The position numbers and the translations under genes were made by a program. 64,000 nucleotides of DNA from Gordius albopunctatus (taxonomy: Eukaryota), in the NCBI GenBank assembly GCA_964276515.1, contig OZ193909.1:12214001-12278000 (forward strand), written 5' to 3'. Below, piece after piece: positions 50,861-64,000 of the stretch; within the stretch, counting starts at the first letter, position 1; every line of letters begins with the position of its first letter. The notes beneath the pieces were generated by a model. That model was not told where the DNA came from. It did no database searches and saw only the letters and a program-made list of their open reading frames with translations.

Positions 50861-53631
50861 ATGGCTAAACGCAAAAGGAACTATTTGTGTCGTCAAACGA
50901 AACAAAATGCAGCCATGAAAAAAAAAGAGCACAAAGAACTGATGAACAAATCCTACAAAACAATGCAGATATGCGTGTAAGAATGGCCCAAATACGTGAA
51001 TCACAATCGCAAGAGGCCCGAGATGAACGAAATCAACAAAGACGATTAGAAAAGCAATCTTGCCGATTTTTACTCCACACACGTAGAGAAAATAACCTAC
51101 AACGCCTACAAGTACATCGAGCATTTAAATTGGCTTCATTCCTTCGACTAGCATTCCACTATGAGCCAGATGTTGAATATTACGCCCATTCCAAAGTGGT
51201 CATTGGTCCTATGGACAAGGTTTGTCCTCATTGTCTTGCACTTAAATATAAAAATGAGTCGGCCGGGATGTGTTGCGCATCAGGAAAAGTTCGACTAACG
51301 GAGATTGAAACACCACCTGAACCATTGCACGGTTTACTTATCGGTACGGATCCTGATTCTAACCTGTTCCTGAAGTCAATTCGGACATTCAATTCATGCT
51401 TCCAAATGACATCTTTCGGAGCAACAGAAATAGTTCAAAACAATGCTGCAAACGGTCAACAATTTAATTCAACGTTTAAAATAAAAGGCCAGGTTTTTCA
51501 CAAAGTGGGTTCCTTGCTGCCGATGCCAAAAGAATCTTATAAATTTTTACAAATTTACTTTATGGGTGGTGACGACTCCAAAAGCGCACTCGCTAATCGC
51601 GTGGATGCACGTTGTGGCCATAACAACCTCGATTCACCTTTTGCCAGGCGTATCGTCAGCGAACTGGACGCTCTGTTGAATGAGCACAATGAATTATTAA
51701 AATTATTTAAATCCCACATGCCCAAATTACTAAGTGACAATTACGCTATTGTCATCGATCCTGATAAAACACCAGTTGGAGAGCACATTCGTAGATTCAA
51801 TGCACCTGTAGTTGACGACGTTGCCGGAATCATGGTTGGGGACCGTACGGCATCGCGCCAAATCGTGATTCGAAGAAGAGATAACAATCTTCAGTTCATT
51901 GCTGATACCCACCGCTCATATGACGCTCTCCAATATCCGATAATTTTTTGGAAAGGACAAGATGGTTATTGCATAAACATTAAACAACGAGATCCCCTAA
52001 CAGGTATTTTATTCTTTATTAAAAACATGCTTAGGGGAGACGGGGCAGTGATAGACAAAATGATTAAATTATTTCAAATAAATCTTTTCATAAAAATTGT
52101 TTAGACTTATAAATTCTATGTTAGCAAATTTTTGTCTCCCCTACTCATTTTCAATTAATTGATGCACATTATTACAGGAGCCGACACAAACAAGAAGGTT
52201 AGCTCGAAGGATTTTTATGCATATCGTTTGATGATTAGACGCGGTCAAGACAACGTCATACTACGATGTCGTGAGCTTTGCCAACAATTCATGGTCGACA
52301 TGTATGTGAAGATAGAGAGCGAACGTCTACGAATTTTAAGATTTAACCAACAGAAACTGCGTGCGGAAGAATACATTCATTTACGAGACGCTATCGCGAA
52401 CAACGCCGACACTGCTGACATTGGTAACTCTATTATTCTACCGTCATCGTACGTAGGGAGTCCACGTCACATGCAAGAATACATACAGGATGCTATGGTT
52501 TACGTACGCGAATACGGATGCCCGTGTTTTTTTATCACGTTTACATGTAATCCAAAATGGCAGGAGATTACATCATTGTTATTACCAGGACAAAATGCCA
52601 TGCATCGTCATGACATTACGGCACGGGTGTTTAAACAAAAATTAAAGTCTTTAATTAATTTCATTACAAAATTACATATATTTGGCCATGCACGTTGCTG
52701 GATGTATTCGGTTGAGTGGCAAAAGCGAGGATTACCTCATGCTCACATTTTGATTTGGTTCGTCGACAAAATACGTCCTGAAGACATTGATAGTTTAATT
52801 TCTGCAGAAATTCCTAATCCGTCTACTGATCAATTATTGTTTGATATTGTTACTACAAACATGATTCATGGTCCATGTGGATATTTGAATCGTTCATCGC
52901 CTTGCATGTCAGATGGAAAGTGTACAAAGTGTTTTCCTAAAAATTTCCAACATGATACGGTCACACATGTCGACGGTTATCCTATATATCGTCGAAGAAG
53001 TACCGATAATGGGGGACAAATATTTACTAAAACTATCAATAACGTAGCCATTGACATTGACAATCGTTGGGTTGTACCATATTCACCTTTTTTATGCAAA
53101 ACATTCAATGCTCATATTAATGTTGAGTTCTGCAGTTCGGTGAAGAGCATCAAATATATATGCAAGTATGTGAATAAAGGAAGTGATATGGCTGTATTTA
53201 GAATTGATAATACCAATGTGAATGCTCTTCCTTTGAATAACAATGATGAAATAACTAACTACCAAATTGGACGGTACATAAGCTCCAATGAAGCTGTTTG
53301 GCGGATCTTTGGTTTCCCTCTTCATGAACGGGATCCAGCAGTTATCCATTTAGCTGTCCATCTAGAAAACGGCCAGCGTGTTTTTTTCACGCACGAGACC
53401 GCGCATGATCGTGCTCTTAATCCACCAAATACTACACTCACCGCTTTTTTTGAATTGTGTAATCGTCCCGATGATTTTGGTGCCTTTGTGCGACCATTAC
53501 TCTATTCAGAAGTACCCCGCTATTTTACGTGGACTCAATCAAAAAAATGGATTCCACGCAAGCAAGGCACACCAGTTAATACATGTCCTGGTTTATTCAA
53601 ATCAAACGTTTTGGGTCTGTCAGCTAATTAA
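50861..53631 (+). pseudogene. Helitron Rep (HUH Y2 endonuclease), truncated; intron 52004-52177
   Basis: Zn finger CPHC...CCASGKV; motifs FITFTCNPKW, VEWQKRGLPHAHIL, KYICKYVNKG. ATG at 50861 needs a frameshift in an A9 run near 50918-50926; stops before any PIF1 helicase motif. Confidence 0.88.
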
Positions 53632-54655
53632 ATTAGTTGCCAGTTTTATTAGTTGAGTTTTTAAATTTTTTTTGGTAGTTTTAAATTTTCTTATTTAAAT
53701 TTTTTACTTTTTAAAAATATTTTTAATATGGCAAAACAACGTTTGCCGGGTCAGCTAGTATATATATAAATATACCAATTCAAAAACGAAAAAAAAATTT
53801 CGAAAAAAATTTGGCCAATGGTCATTTATTTCAATGGTTAGTAGCCAGAACACGGTCAAAAATTCATATTATCAATGGTATTAACAAGAACAATGTATTA
53901 ATTTAATTTTTAAAAAAATAAAAAATTTTGTCCTCTCCGGGTCTCGAACCAGCAATTTAGAACGTTCGCCGGGATTCAAACCCACATTAAATAGAGGCAT
54001 AAGCCTTTGGAGAGGAACAGGGAACCATATCAATAGAGGCATAGGCCCTTGTAGGGGAGGGCATAGGGTAATTATCAATGTTACCCAATTCAAAAACGAA
54101 AAATTTGGATTTATTTGGCCAATGGTCATTTTTTTCATTGGTCAGTAGCCTGCGGACGGTCAAAAAGTCATATTATCAATGGCATTAACAAGAACAAAAT
54201 ATTAATTTAATTTTTTAAAAAATTAAAAAATTTTGTCCTCTCCGGGTCTCGATCATCAACCTGCAAGTCAGGAAGCTGGTGTAAATAACTTGGTGGATGA
54301 CGGACGACGGACAACAAAAAACGAGCCCATAAATTGCATAGCAATTAAAATGTAAAATGCTAAGCTAAATTTTTCACAATAAAGCGTTTTGCTAATTATA
54401 TTAATTCGTACAAATTCAAGCACGAAAATGTCAAAATTTTCAAATCAAAAATAAAATTAAGCTATACAAGTAAAGAGGTTTAGCAATTACTTTTGATCAA
54501 TAATAATTTCTCTTTAAGCAAAATTTTAAACGTTTTTCAAAAAGGACTAAATATAGGTTGTTAAAATTTTTTATTTTTACGTAGTTTAATTTAAAAATGA
54601 ACGAACACTTATAACTGGACTCCTTCCTTTGGCACATCGAATAATAGCTTAATAT

Positions 54656-55778
54656 CATAGTTGTTAAACGCACTTCAAAAACCGGTGCCGCACTCGCACT
54701 CGCACATTGAGGAAAATCCGGTGCGCGCACTCGCACCTGTTTTAACAAAGGTGCGCGCACTCGCACCCGCACATACAATTTGATTGCACTATAACAAAAC
54801 CTCTATAAATTTTTTATTTACTTAATTATTAAATAAAAATAAGTAACAAGATTACCTTTATAGGCCTAGTCAAATTGAAACAAGATCTAGAAGAAGTCTT
54901 GAGTTTGGCATTGCATAAAAGACATTGCACCTCAAAATTAAGTTTATTATACTGATTATCTTTGAGTTTAAAAAAACAGGCATATTTCGGAAATGGCAAA
55001 ATTGTCATGCATGATGTGCTTGCTACATTTATGCTTGATTCTTCTATTTGCATAACTCACTATCATATTAAAGTGTTATATATAAGCAATGAGAAAAGAA
55101 AAGAGTAAAAAATTGGATAAGGAGTACTATGATAACCAATACAATAATACAAAATAATAATTAAAATTAATTAACTAATTTAATATATTTTAATGAAAAT
55201 TAATTGTAATTTGATCATTATATGTGATTAAACTTACGATAGTAAAGATAGATCTAAAAGTATTTGAAATATTAAGATAGTAACGGGAGATGACAATATT
55301 CCAAAAAACGCTGAATTAAATATATTATCATTATTTGAATATTCTATTGTAATTCTTTAATCAAATTACCTGTCTGTGTTTTTAAACTTCTAATCTTATT
55401 AAACTTCAACTTCAATCGTTTTAGTGTTTTTCTATAGTTTATTTATTAAGCGACGAGTTCAAAAGTGTAAAGATTAATCGTTGATTGATAAAGTAAATAC
55501 GTGAATAATGTGAAATATCGCGGTTAGATTATTTTTATTGTCTATCGATAGTAACCAATTTCCTGCCTTGTTATCTTCTCCACCGGGAACATAGATGTAT
55601 GTTATATATATATAGTAAATCAGTAGAAATTTAATTTGTGAAATATGCGATATAATACAATTTCGAATAAATTAATAAATTGTAAAACTCTTAATGTGCG
55701 CAAAACAGGAGCGCAATTGCGCACCCGCACACGCTCATGTCGCACCTCAAATCCGGTGCGCGCACCTTAACAACTCTG
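54656..55778 (-). mobile_element. Non-autonomous hAT-like element with BED zinc-finger remnant
   Basis: TIRs CATAGTTGTTAA / TTAACAACTCTG; GCGCAC subterminal repeats; ORF 54829-55053 VQCLLC...NLTR; TSD not clear. Confidence 0.7.
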
Positions 55779-57938
55779 CTTTTTTTACAGCTCTATTCAA
55801 GATCTAATCAACTAATATTGCAGTAAGTGGTCATATATTGTAAATATATTATCTCAGTTTTTTTATTACTTGCTATACAATTTGTGGGCTCTCTTTTGGT
55901 TATCCGTCCTGTCCATCCTGTCCTGTCCAATTTTTAATTTTTCAATAATTGCCGTGGAAATTAATACGGGTTTTTAATGGCTGTGGACGTATGCCTCTGT
56001 TTTTATTTCGCTTTCGCTAATAGACTAGCTAATGACCGGTGATTGGCTTTACTTTTTTCCACCTCGCCCGAGCCCAAATCCATGATTGTTTTTGTGCCCG
56101 ACTAATTACCTTTATATATAAATTTATTTTGGCTTATCTAGATTGTTGCTTTATAACCGATAATTACGAAACTGATTCAATAATTCCCTTTAAATTAATG
56201 ATGACCCTTGCTTACTTCTAATTTGTCTGACCCCGGCCAGAGACCAATCTCCTTGTCAATTGTTATTTTCTTTTGGCAATTTGTCGAGGTTATTGCCTTA
56301 TAACGGATGAATGCGAAACTGGCTAAATAATTCCTGCTAATATTGACTCTTCCCCACTGGTTTAAAATTTAAGCCCGCCCCCCCCCCACCAAAGGAAAAA
56401 TGCTAGCTACGCCACTGCGAGTCAGGAATTTTATTTCCCAACTTTTTAATGTAAATCTAGCTAAAAGAACATTAACTTAATATTCTTGATGCAGACAATA
56501 CAACCCAGGCCAAATTTTTAACTCTAAATCCTCTAGTAAAATTTCATATGAAGAAAAAAGTTGAGTTCAAGTTTTACCATTAAAAAGGATGCAGATCCAA
56601 GATATCTAGTGAGTTTTCTCGCCAATGTTTAGTGTTTCGTCGATATCGTCTCGTCTCGGGTACCATTATGAGAATTTTGATATCCTCATCTCGACCTAGA
56701 AAAATCTCGGTCTCGCCTCGACGAGAAATCTAGACATGTCTCTTAAAAAAATATATATTATCTAACTTTTCCCCATAATTAATTATAATTATGATACAGA
56801 TAAAAAAAATTTAAAAAAACTAAAATGGTGAACCATTATTTTCAAAGCCCTTTATAAATATGTCATTTTCACGTTTGGACGAGCAGGGACCCTTAGGGCT
56901 TGTCTTAATATCGGATGCAGATTCAAATGGCGCGAATTTATCTTTATCAAATATCCGATACAATTTCATGTGTCAAACTCGGTTGCAATTATTAATATTT
57001 TGTTTTTTGATAGTTAAACACGTTTTTTTTTGTTTATTTTGGAAAATATTTTCGACGCTTTTATTTATAATGTAACCAAAAAAACTTCGCGTACAATATA
57101 TGCGAAACTTCAAGGTGCTCCAGCTTTGGAAAAATATCTTCTCTTATTCATTAATCAGAGCATTTATTATCGCTTTTATACCTTAAAAAAGGACGACCAT
57201 ATGCAAGTTATTCAACTGGCAGAAAATATTATCGTTTAGGTAAAATTAATTAATAGCGGAAGCCAAAGCAAAATTATATGAGTTTGATCTGAAAAAATTC
57301 TGAAGTTGCTAATAAGCAAAATTATACAGTCACTAAATCTGTTTACTTGACATTTTTAGTACAGCTAAATGAACGATGTTTAGATTAAAAAAACAAGTTT
57401 TTCATAATTTACAATCAATGGTGGGAAATAATAATGGTGGGTGCAAGCTTTTAGTCGAAAATTAAATTCAAAAATTTGAATGTATATATTATGTTTCCAG
57501 GGTTTTATAAGTGTCTCAAAATCTTTTATGCAACTAAACTATAATATTTTAACCCATTTAATCTTAAATATTAATCAAAACAATTTCCAAATTTTGGTCA
57601 AGGGGGTAGAAAAGTCCCGCTTTCTGCCCCCTGGCTACGCGCCTGGGTTAACAATATTATGCGTTTTGGTTTATTTATTCATATAGATATATAAAAAACG
57701 CTGTTAGCACCATTGGAACGATTAATTGCTATGCAATGTATGTTTGTACATCGCACATGGGCGTAGCCAGCATTGGAATTATAAGGGGGGGGGGGCAATA
57801 ATGATTTAGGGAGGGGCAAAATGATAATCTTTTGAAATTTTAACCACTATTATAATATATTGGATTTAGAGGGGGGAAGCCGCTCCTCCATGCCTCCTCT
57901 GGCTACACCCATATATATGTATGACAAATCTAAATTAA

Positions 57939-59830
57939 GGGGCGTTCGTGATGACGCTCGAAGCAAAAAAGCGAAGCTAATTATTGGGCTAATTTATCAA
58001 ACTCTTCCTTCTTTTTTTTAATATCTTTATATTTATCGTGAATATTATCATATATCAATGGTATTGCACGAATATTATTGATAAGATCGTTTAAAAGAAA
58101 CATATAAAATTATATAAAAAATAAATAACATACCAAATTCCATCTCTTCATAATCGCGCGAAAAGTACAAAATTAGTTGTATCTTATTTTCGTTCGCTTT
58201 TTGCCGCGGAAGAAAATAATCGTCTGCGGTTTCACTATGAACGCCTCCCATTTAATTAATACATTTGTTATTTTCGTGCGAATTAAATCGCACGCATTAT
58301 GAACCAGAGACCAGAAATTCCCGGCCCGGCCCGCTGCCCGGCCCGTGGGCCGGACAACTGCCTTAAATTTTAATTTTCGGGCGGGCCCGGGCGGGCACGC
58401 TGATAAGATTCGGGAAATTAGGGCATGCCCAAAATTTTATCAAATTAATTTTCCTTGAAAAAAGAAAAATTCGCTTATAAACGAATTTGGGTCATAATAA
58501 ATTTGACTAGATTTTTTTCCATCGCTTAAATCTTCATTGTACGTTTATATAATGTCCTAATTTCAATTTCTTCAAAATTAAATTTTATTTCGAATAAATT
58601 AGTTTAACTGGTTTGTCTCAAGATCAAAAATTTTTAATTTTCAGATTATATTATAAAAGAATAAAATCACAACGATTTAAACTGCCATGGGCGTAGACAA
58701 GGGGGGGCAGGAAGGGGCAGCTGCCCCCCTCTAAACTCAAAAATTTGTTAAAATGTATCAAAATTATGGCTAAATTTTCAAAAAATGATCATTTTTCCCC
58801 TCCCTAAATCATTATTGCCCCCCTCTAATTTTAATGCTCGCTACGCCTATGTAAACTGCTACTCTAATCTAATACTATGGAAGAAACCATTTTACTCTCT
58901 GGTAGTAAATTATTTTACTACATTTTTATCGCGTTCAGTTAAATCTTTTCCCTACTCCATTATGGAAAGGATTTGATTATTTATATTTATGTAGTAGCCA
59001 AAGCCATTTCATTGTTCGCAATACACTACACATGTGTGCCGTCTAGACTTAAAACAAAGGCTCATGCCATTTTCTAAAAATGCGCTTAATTGTAATTCAT
59101 TTAATTTCTTAACAACTAAAAAAACAAGATAGAAAAATAAAGCAAACAAGTCACATTAAAGTTATTAAAAATTATAACTATTTTAGGTATCCTAAATTAG
59201 CAAGGTTTAAAAAAATACTCTTTGCCATCCTGGCGACGAGTGCTACTAGTGAAAGAAGTTTTTCTATCGCAGGAAGATTAATAGAGGAAAGACGCACAAG
59301 ATTATCCCCGGAAATTGTCGACGATATGAATAATAAAATATTGTCATCTTTGTTTGGATCAATATTCCATTGCTTATTTTGTAATAGTGGCTAAAGATTT
59401 TGGGACTGGATAATTTCGGGTCTACCGGGAAAATTGTATTAATCAGGCCGGGCAGCTCTAATGGTTTGGGCATGGCTGAGCCGACACTTAGAAGGGTTCA
59501 GGCGGGCAATTTAGTTAAAATTGGACCGGGCTGGGTTCGGGCATAAAAATTTAAACTACTGCGACCTCTTTTTGTGACCTCATAAATTCGGGACTAATGA
59601 GCAAATTTAATATTTCGGGCCGGGCAATTCGGGCAGCTTTAACAATTCGGGCGGGCCCGGGCGGGCAATGAAGGTAAAAAATTTAGTCGGGCAGGGTTCG
59701 GGCAGAAAATTCCCAACAAATCTGACCTCTGTTATGAACAACGAACGATCGCCTGCGAATGGCTTTAACATTTTCGTGAAACAAAATTCGCTTCGCTTTT
59801 TTTTGCTTCGGGCGTCATCACGAACGCCCG
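57939..59830. mobile_element. PIF/Harbinger-type MITE hosting the family A hAT insertion
   Basis: TIRs GGGGCGTTCGTGATGACGC.CGAAGCAAAAAA / TTTTTTGCTTCG.GCGTCATCACGAACGCCCG; TAA on both sides. Confidence 0.75.
58305..59731 (+). mobile_element. Non-autonomous hAT element, family A copy 2
   Basis: Closely similar to 3265-4675, including the nested MITE; own exact TSD TTATGAAC (58297-58304, 59732-59739). Confidence 0.92.
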
Positions 59831-60345
59831 TAAGTCACGTATATCTTGCGAATTGTAATGAAAAAGTGCATTCTTTTTAAAAAATTTGTCTTTAAAAAGG
59901 ATCTCTCCCTCTTTGATCAATTTTTCTGCAAAATCATTGGCTCTTTTTATTATTTATCCGAGCCACAAATTTTATTCTGATGTAAAAACCGAATAAAAGA
60001 AACTTAAAATATTGACATAAAAAGTTACAAGAGATTTCATTAACCAAAGTCTAAGCCAATTACCATAAATAAAATATAATCTTAAAGATGAAGTCTTTTT
60101 TGAACTAGCTGTTTTGCTATTACCTATTTTATTACATTTTTAATCATTTTATAATATAAAGTCTGACATTTAAAATGCACATAAAAAGCTGCTACAGTAG
60201 GAACTGAAATGAAACAAAACAATTTTACTTAACATATAATCAAAACTTCCACTTCCAGTACACAAATAATATTTATTATATTTGATTAATAAATACAATA
60301 AACGAGATCAGAAAAAAGTTTGGATAATAGAAAATGCAAAAGAGA

Positions 60346-61692
60346 TTAGCACTTGTTAATACTTGTATATAATGAGTGAGTATCAAATATTTGGCTAAGA
60401 ATTTGTCCTTGGGGATCTACCTTAGTAGAGTTAGCATCAAGATTTTTATCATTATCACTTGGATGGATGTGTTTTAAATGCATTTTGGTTATTGGGTGAT
60501 AAAATGTGTAGTACAATATCATTAAAAAGAAATCAAAACAAAATGAAATTAGTAAAAATACTAATATTCCAAATTTAATAATCATATCAAACTTGGTTGA
60601 GAACATAAACCATAAGGTTAGGATAGTTACATTTTCTACATAAACTATGGTGTAGAAAATGACAATTTTAATACGTGTTTTAGAATCTACAATATTCAAA
60701 AAACTGAATACATAAACTATTCCAATTAAACATGCATATATTAGTTCAAAAAAGATGTTAGATTTATGAGAAGATGTGGAGGATGCACAAAATGTTGATT
60801 TTTGAAATATTATCCATATAGTCATAAATAACCAATGAATTACAATGAAACCAAAAAATATGTAAGTGAAAGTCAGGGAAAAAAGAGCCAATATTAGGGC
60901 TCTACTACCAACTGAAAAAAACTTCCAAAAGAAATAAACTAATGATGCCTTTTTGGTGACATTTTTCTTATTTTTATTTGCAAACCTAAGAATTCTGTAA
61001 TAAGATGTAATGCTCCATGCAATTGATATCCAAGAGCTCACAACTGATATTATTTGAAGATAAAGAATTTCTATATTGAATACTGTAATAGAATGACATT
61101 TTCTACATGTAAAAAACATATATATCTGAATAATTAATTGGGGCAAGCTTTCAATATAGGTCTCAAAAATTCTAAGCAGTGATGAATCATGGTCATAATA
61201 AGTTGCCAAAGATGTATAGTATTTGACATTGGTCTCTAATTTTGATACAAGACTAAAAAAAGCATAGTAAAATAGAAACAGATAATTCATTATTGGTCCA
61301 CATTGAAAGAATATTATAATTAATTGTATAGTCCATGAAAATTTGGATATTGATTTTTTTAACTTCGAGTCTTTGAAAAGCCAGCAAACACAAAATACAT
61401 TTAATATTAATGAAGTAATTATAATAATTGATAGAGTTAAAATAAAGGGTGTAATTTGAAAGTTACGATAATAGCTTACAGCTAATAATATGTCTGTTAC
61501 AACATCTAATATATAAGTAAAAATAGAGGATGATATGAAAAATAGGTCATAATAATGGTATTTCGAAAATTCTTTTATTTCCATTTGAGCATAATCAGCT
61601 GCGACATATAAATAGGGTGCTGAACAAAGTGTCAAAAATAAAAAGGCGAAAAATTTAAACAAAACTAAATGGTAAATAAAATGAGTAAACAT
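60346..61692 (-). CDS. XK-related protein (XKR/CED-8 family phospholipid scramblase), single coding exon
   Basis: Multi-TM; YILDVVTD...YY, LRIFETYIESLPQLIIQ, SRALILALF, HW, EN...W, YY.FYHP. True start may be the second Met (MEIKEF). Confidence 0.9.
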   Translation of the reverse strand: MFTHFIYHLVLFKFFAFLFLTLCSAPYLYVAADYAQMEIKEFSKYHYYDLFFISSSIFTYILDVVTDILLAVSYYRNFQITPFILTLSIIIITSLILNVFCVCWLFKDSKLKKSISKFSWTIQLIIIFFQCGPIMNYLFLFYYAFFSLVSKLETNVKYYTSLATYYDHDSSLLRIFETYIESLPQLIIQIYMFFTCRKCHSITVFNIEILYLQIISVVSSWISIAWSITSYYRILRFANKNKKNVTKKASLVYFFWKFFSVGSRALILALFSLTFTYIFFGFIVIHWLFMTIWIIFQKSTFCASSTSSHKSNIFFELIYACLIGIVYVFSFLNIVDSKTRIKIVIFYTIVYVENVTILTLWFMFSTKFDMIIKFGILVFLLISFCFDFFLMILYYTFYHPITKMHLKHIHPSDNDKNLDANSTKVDPQGQILSQIFDTHSLYTSINKC

Positions 61693-62349
61693 TGTTAGAA
61701 AACTTAGTATTTAGCGATTAAAACAAATATTGTATGTTTAATATTAATAATTGTTCTTATCCTTAAAACAAGGACTTTAATTTTTAAAATTTACCCAAGA
61801 CAATAATAGCTGCATATTTATAGCATTAGTATACATAAAAATAGAATATTAAGTAGCAGGACATTAATTTTAAACGTGAAAGCTACTTCTTTAACAATTT
61901 ATTTCTGACAAACCCAATGATATTTTAACTATAACATTAATAACCAACAAATGTATAAGCTATTAATACATGCTTATCAATTGCTGCTTACTAATGTTGG
62001 GGTTTGTGGATATATAATAAATAGTGCTTAACATGCTAAATTGTCCTGTATCAGTGAATTAATCCTAAGCCATATTAGATCTTTATAGTAATTACTGTGT
62101 TCGATACTAAACCTTTTCAAATCTTTAGAAACTTTTATGCAATAAGTATTACACAATATCTCTCTAACAAATTTAAGGTAAAGAACACCAAATTCTACAA
62201 CATAAATGAACTTTATTAAGGAAGAAATTTATAGATCATGTCTTCAAACATAGAGAATTCTTTTCGTTTATATTTCATTTGAAATACGTATGCTAGATTT
62301 ATCAATCAACTTGATAAAATTAATTAGAACTTTTTTGAAGTTAATTTTT

Positions 62350-62970
62350 GATAATTTCCCTCTTCTACTTCCCATTTTTTAGGTCCCACTGTTATGGGGT
62401 TTGTTTTTATAAGTTTCTTTGATCTTAATCGGGGAGCGCCATGTCTTAATTTATTTTCTCAATGTTCAAAACTTTGTTTCCTTACCCTTTCCACCTGACA
62501 CGAGACGTCCTCTCCCCCCGCATTTTCCTGTCCAATACTTTTTATTTTAGATCATTCTCCTCCCTTTTTAAGATATAACCATAGGACTTACCCGATTTAA
62601 TCAATTCCGCCATCGGTTGAATACCCATATTTCTCCTGGGAAAGTAATTGGTCATATGGTCAAGCTTAGTATACCCCAAATTCCACCTTATCATTCTCAT
62701 CTCCGTGGCCTGCAATAGCTTTTCTTTCGTGGCATTTAGTGCCCATGTTTCACTTAGTAACACAGATCTTACGATAAATTTTAAGCATTGCTCTTCAATT
62801 ATTTTGCCATCTTCTTGTCGCACATTACACCGGAGATTCTTCACCATCTTTTTTGGATTCGTGCATTGATCACTTTTGCGTAACCTTCCTGTTGTTGCAG
62901 CATATCTAGCTATGGGGGTGCCTGAAACGTTCATTTCCATGTCTACCGTTTTTCGATTGTTGACCGTTAA
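62350..62970 (-). mobile_element. RTE LINE 3' fragment (family of 12189-13104)
   Basis: SETWALNATKEKLLQATEMRMIRW.LG; MGIQPMA; frameshifted. Confidence 0.82.
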
Positions 62971-63150
62971 ACCTAAGTTAACACCTTTTTATTTATTGTT
63001 ATCATTTAAGGTAAAATTTCTTCTTATATAATAAAATTGATTTCTAGTCGTTGGTGTACAAATACTCCTCATATTCTTTTTGTCTTTAAATTATATATAA
63101 AAAATCCAATGGTGTAGCTATTTAATAAACATGTACCTTAATAAAATAAT

Positions 63151-64000
63151 TGTGCTTGGAACGGGCCTGATGGGCCAGCCCGACACGTGGCCCGAGCCCG
63201 AAAAAAAACTTGGATAAATATTAATCCAAAATATAATTACAATACAAAATAATCCCCCTACAAATAAATATTTAGAATTTTACTACCCCCCATATATTAA
63301 TTTGTTTGATTTTAAGTTTTTGATTTAGACGCGTTGCGTGTTTTTAAACCGTAATACAACCAATATAATAATATATCGGCTGTTTTGCAATCACGGGCTG
63401 ATTCGGCAATTATAGAGAATATCGATATAGAAATAGTTAAAAGCCTAATAAAATTTCTGAACCCATTTAAAACGGCTAGTTATGAATTGGAGGCTGATGC
63501 AAAGCCGACCATTAACATGGTACTCTTATGCTATTACAGACTAATCGAATGTTTGAAAAAAGTTTTTTTAGCGAAGAGTTTAACACTTTGGCCAAAAAGG
63601 CCCTTTCGTTTTTAAATTCAAAATTTGAACTTGATATTATTCATAAATTATCCGCATTATTAAATCCAAAGTATCGAAATTTAATAATGCTGCCTCGCTA
63701 TGAATTTGATGACATTTGTCATCATATACGAAATTTAATAATTATGGAGGAAAGGATTAAGACTAATCCTCCGGTTAATACAGTTACGCCTAGTATAGCC
63801 GTCGAGCATGGTAATTTTTTAATTTGCATTAAGCACTTATTATTTTTCTAGATAATATAATGGAGGAAGAATTTTTAGATTTTAGTAGTTGGGAAGAACC
63901 CAGAATAGAGAACAAAGCTGAGGAAGATGAATTACATAAATATTTAAATACGAATTATATTGATGGTATGGAAGTATTGGAATGGTGGAAGATGCATCAG
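63151..64000 (+). mobile_element. Deleted hAT transposon, transposase C-terminal remnant; runs off the window end
   Basis: FLNPFKTAS.ELE....PTI, LLNPKYR, ELHKYL...VLEWWK; frameshift near 63560; 41-nt intron 63811-63851; CCCG/CGGG repeats at the left end. Confidence 0.8.

Larger units (their letters stand above)
50296..53758 (+). mobile_element. Helitron, internally deleted (Rep retained, helicase absent)
   Basis: A|TC 5' end; 3' hairpin GGCAAAACAACGTTTGCC then CTAG|T; Rep ORFs inside. Confidence 0.92.
49836..54346. repeat. Minisatellite-bearing HINE-like repeats (49836-50293, 53760-54346) flanking the Helitron
   Basis: TTGGCCAATGGTCATTTTT units; both segments end AATTGCATAGCAATT; GGAC/GTCC microsatellite near 54295-54315. 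Confidence 0.6.

Noticed and set aside
1..64000. tRNA, rRNA or snRNA genes; prokaryotic operons
   Set aside because: None recognised by eye; tRNAscan-SE and Infernal would be needed to exclude small RNAs.

Overview
Eukaryotic, AT-rich, intron-containing animal (invertebrate-like) genomic DNA, dominated by transposons. Four intact host genes: PPIL1 cyclophilin (18162-18866, 4 exons), mitochondrial intermediate peptidase MIPEP (24017-27013, 3 exons), Tousled-like kinase TLK (37532-47321, 20 hand-spliced exons) and a single-exon XK-related scramblase (60346-61692, minus). Also a serpin pseudogene and a kinesin-light-chain/Gypsy chimera. Mobile DNA includes a nested Gypsy/RTE/RTE/DIRS-like pile (about 4.9-16.3 kb), many non-autonomous hAT elements with 8-bp TSDs, a helicase-less Helitron with relatives, an RLE-type non-LTR remnant, foldback elements and HINE-like repeats. 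Most notable: (1) a young RTE LINE with an open 960-aa ORF, an exact 115-bp target duplication, a 2.2-kb non-coding leader and an endonuclease E-to-Q change; (2) a KLC fragment with in-frame TPR deletions fused to an integrase tail; (3) a sharp CpG step about 0.8-1 kb into genes, suggesting 5'-biased gene-body methylation; (4) 36-44 nt introns. All calls come from reading the sequence by eye; no searches were run.
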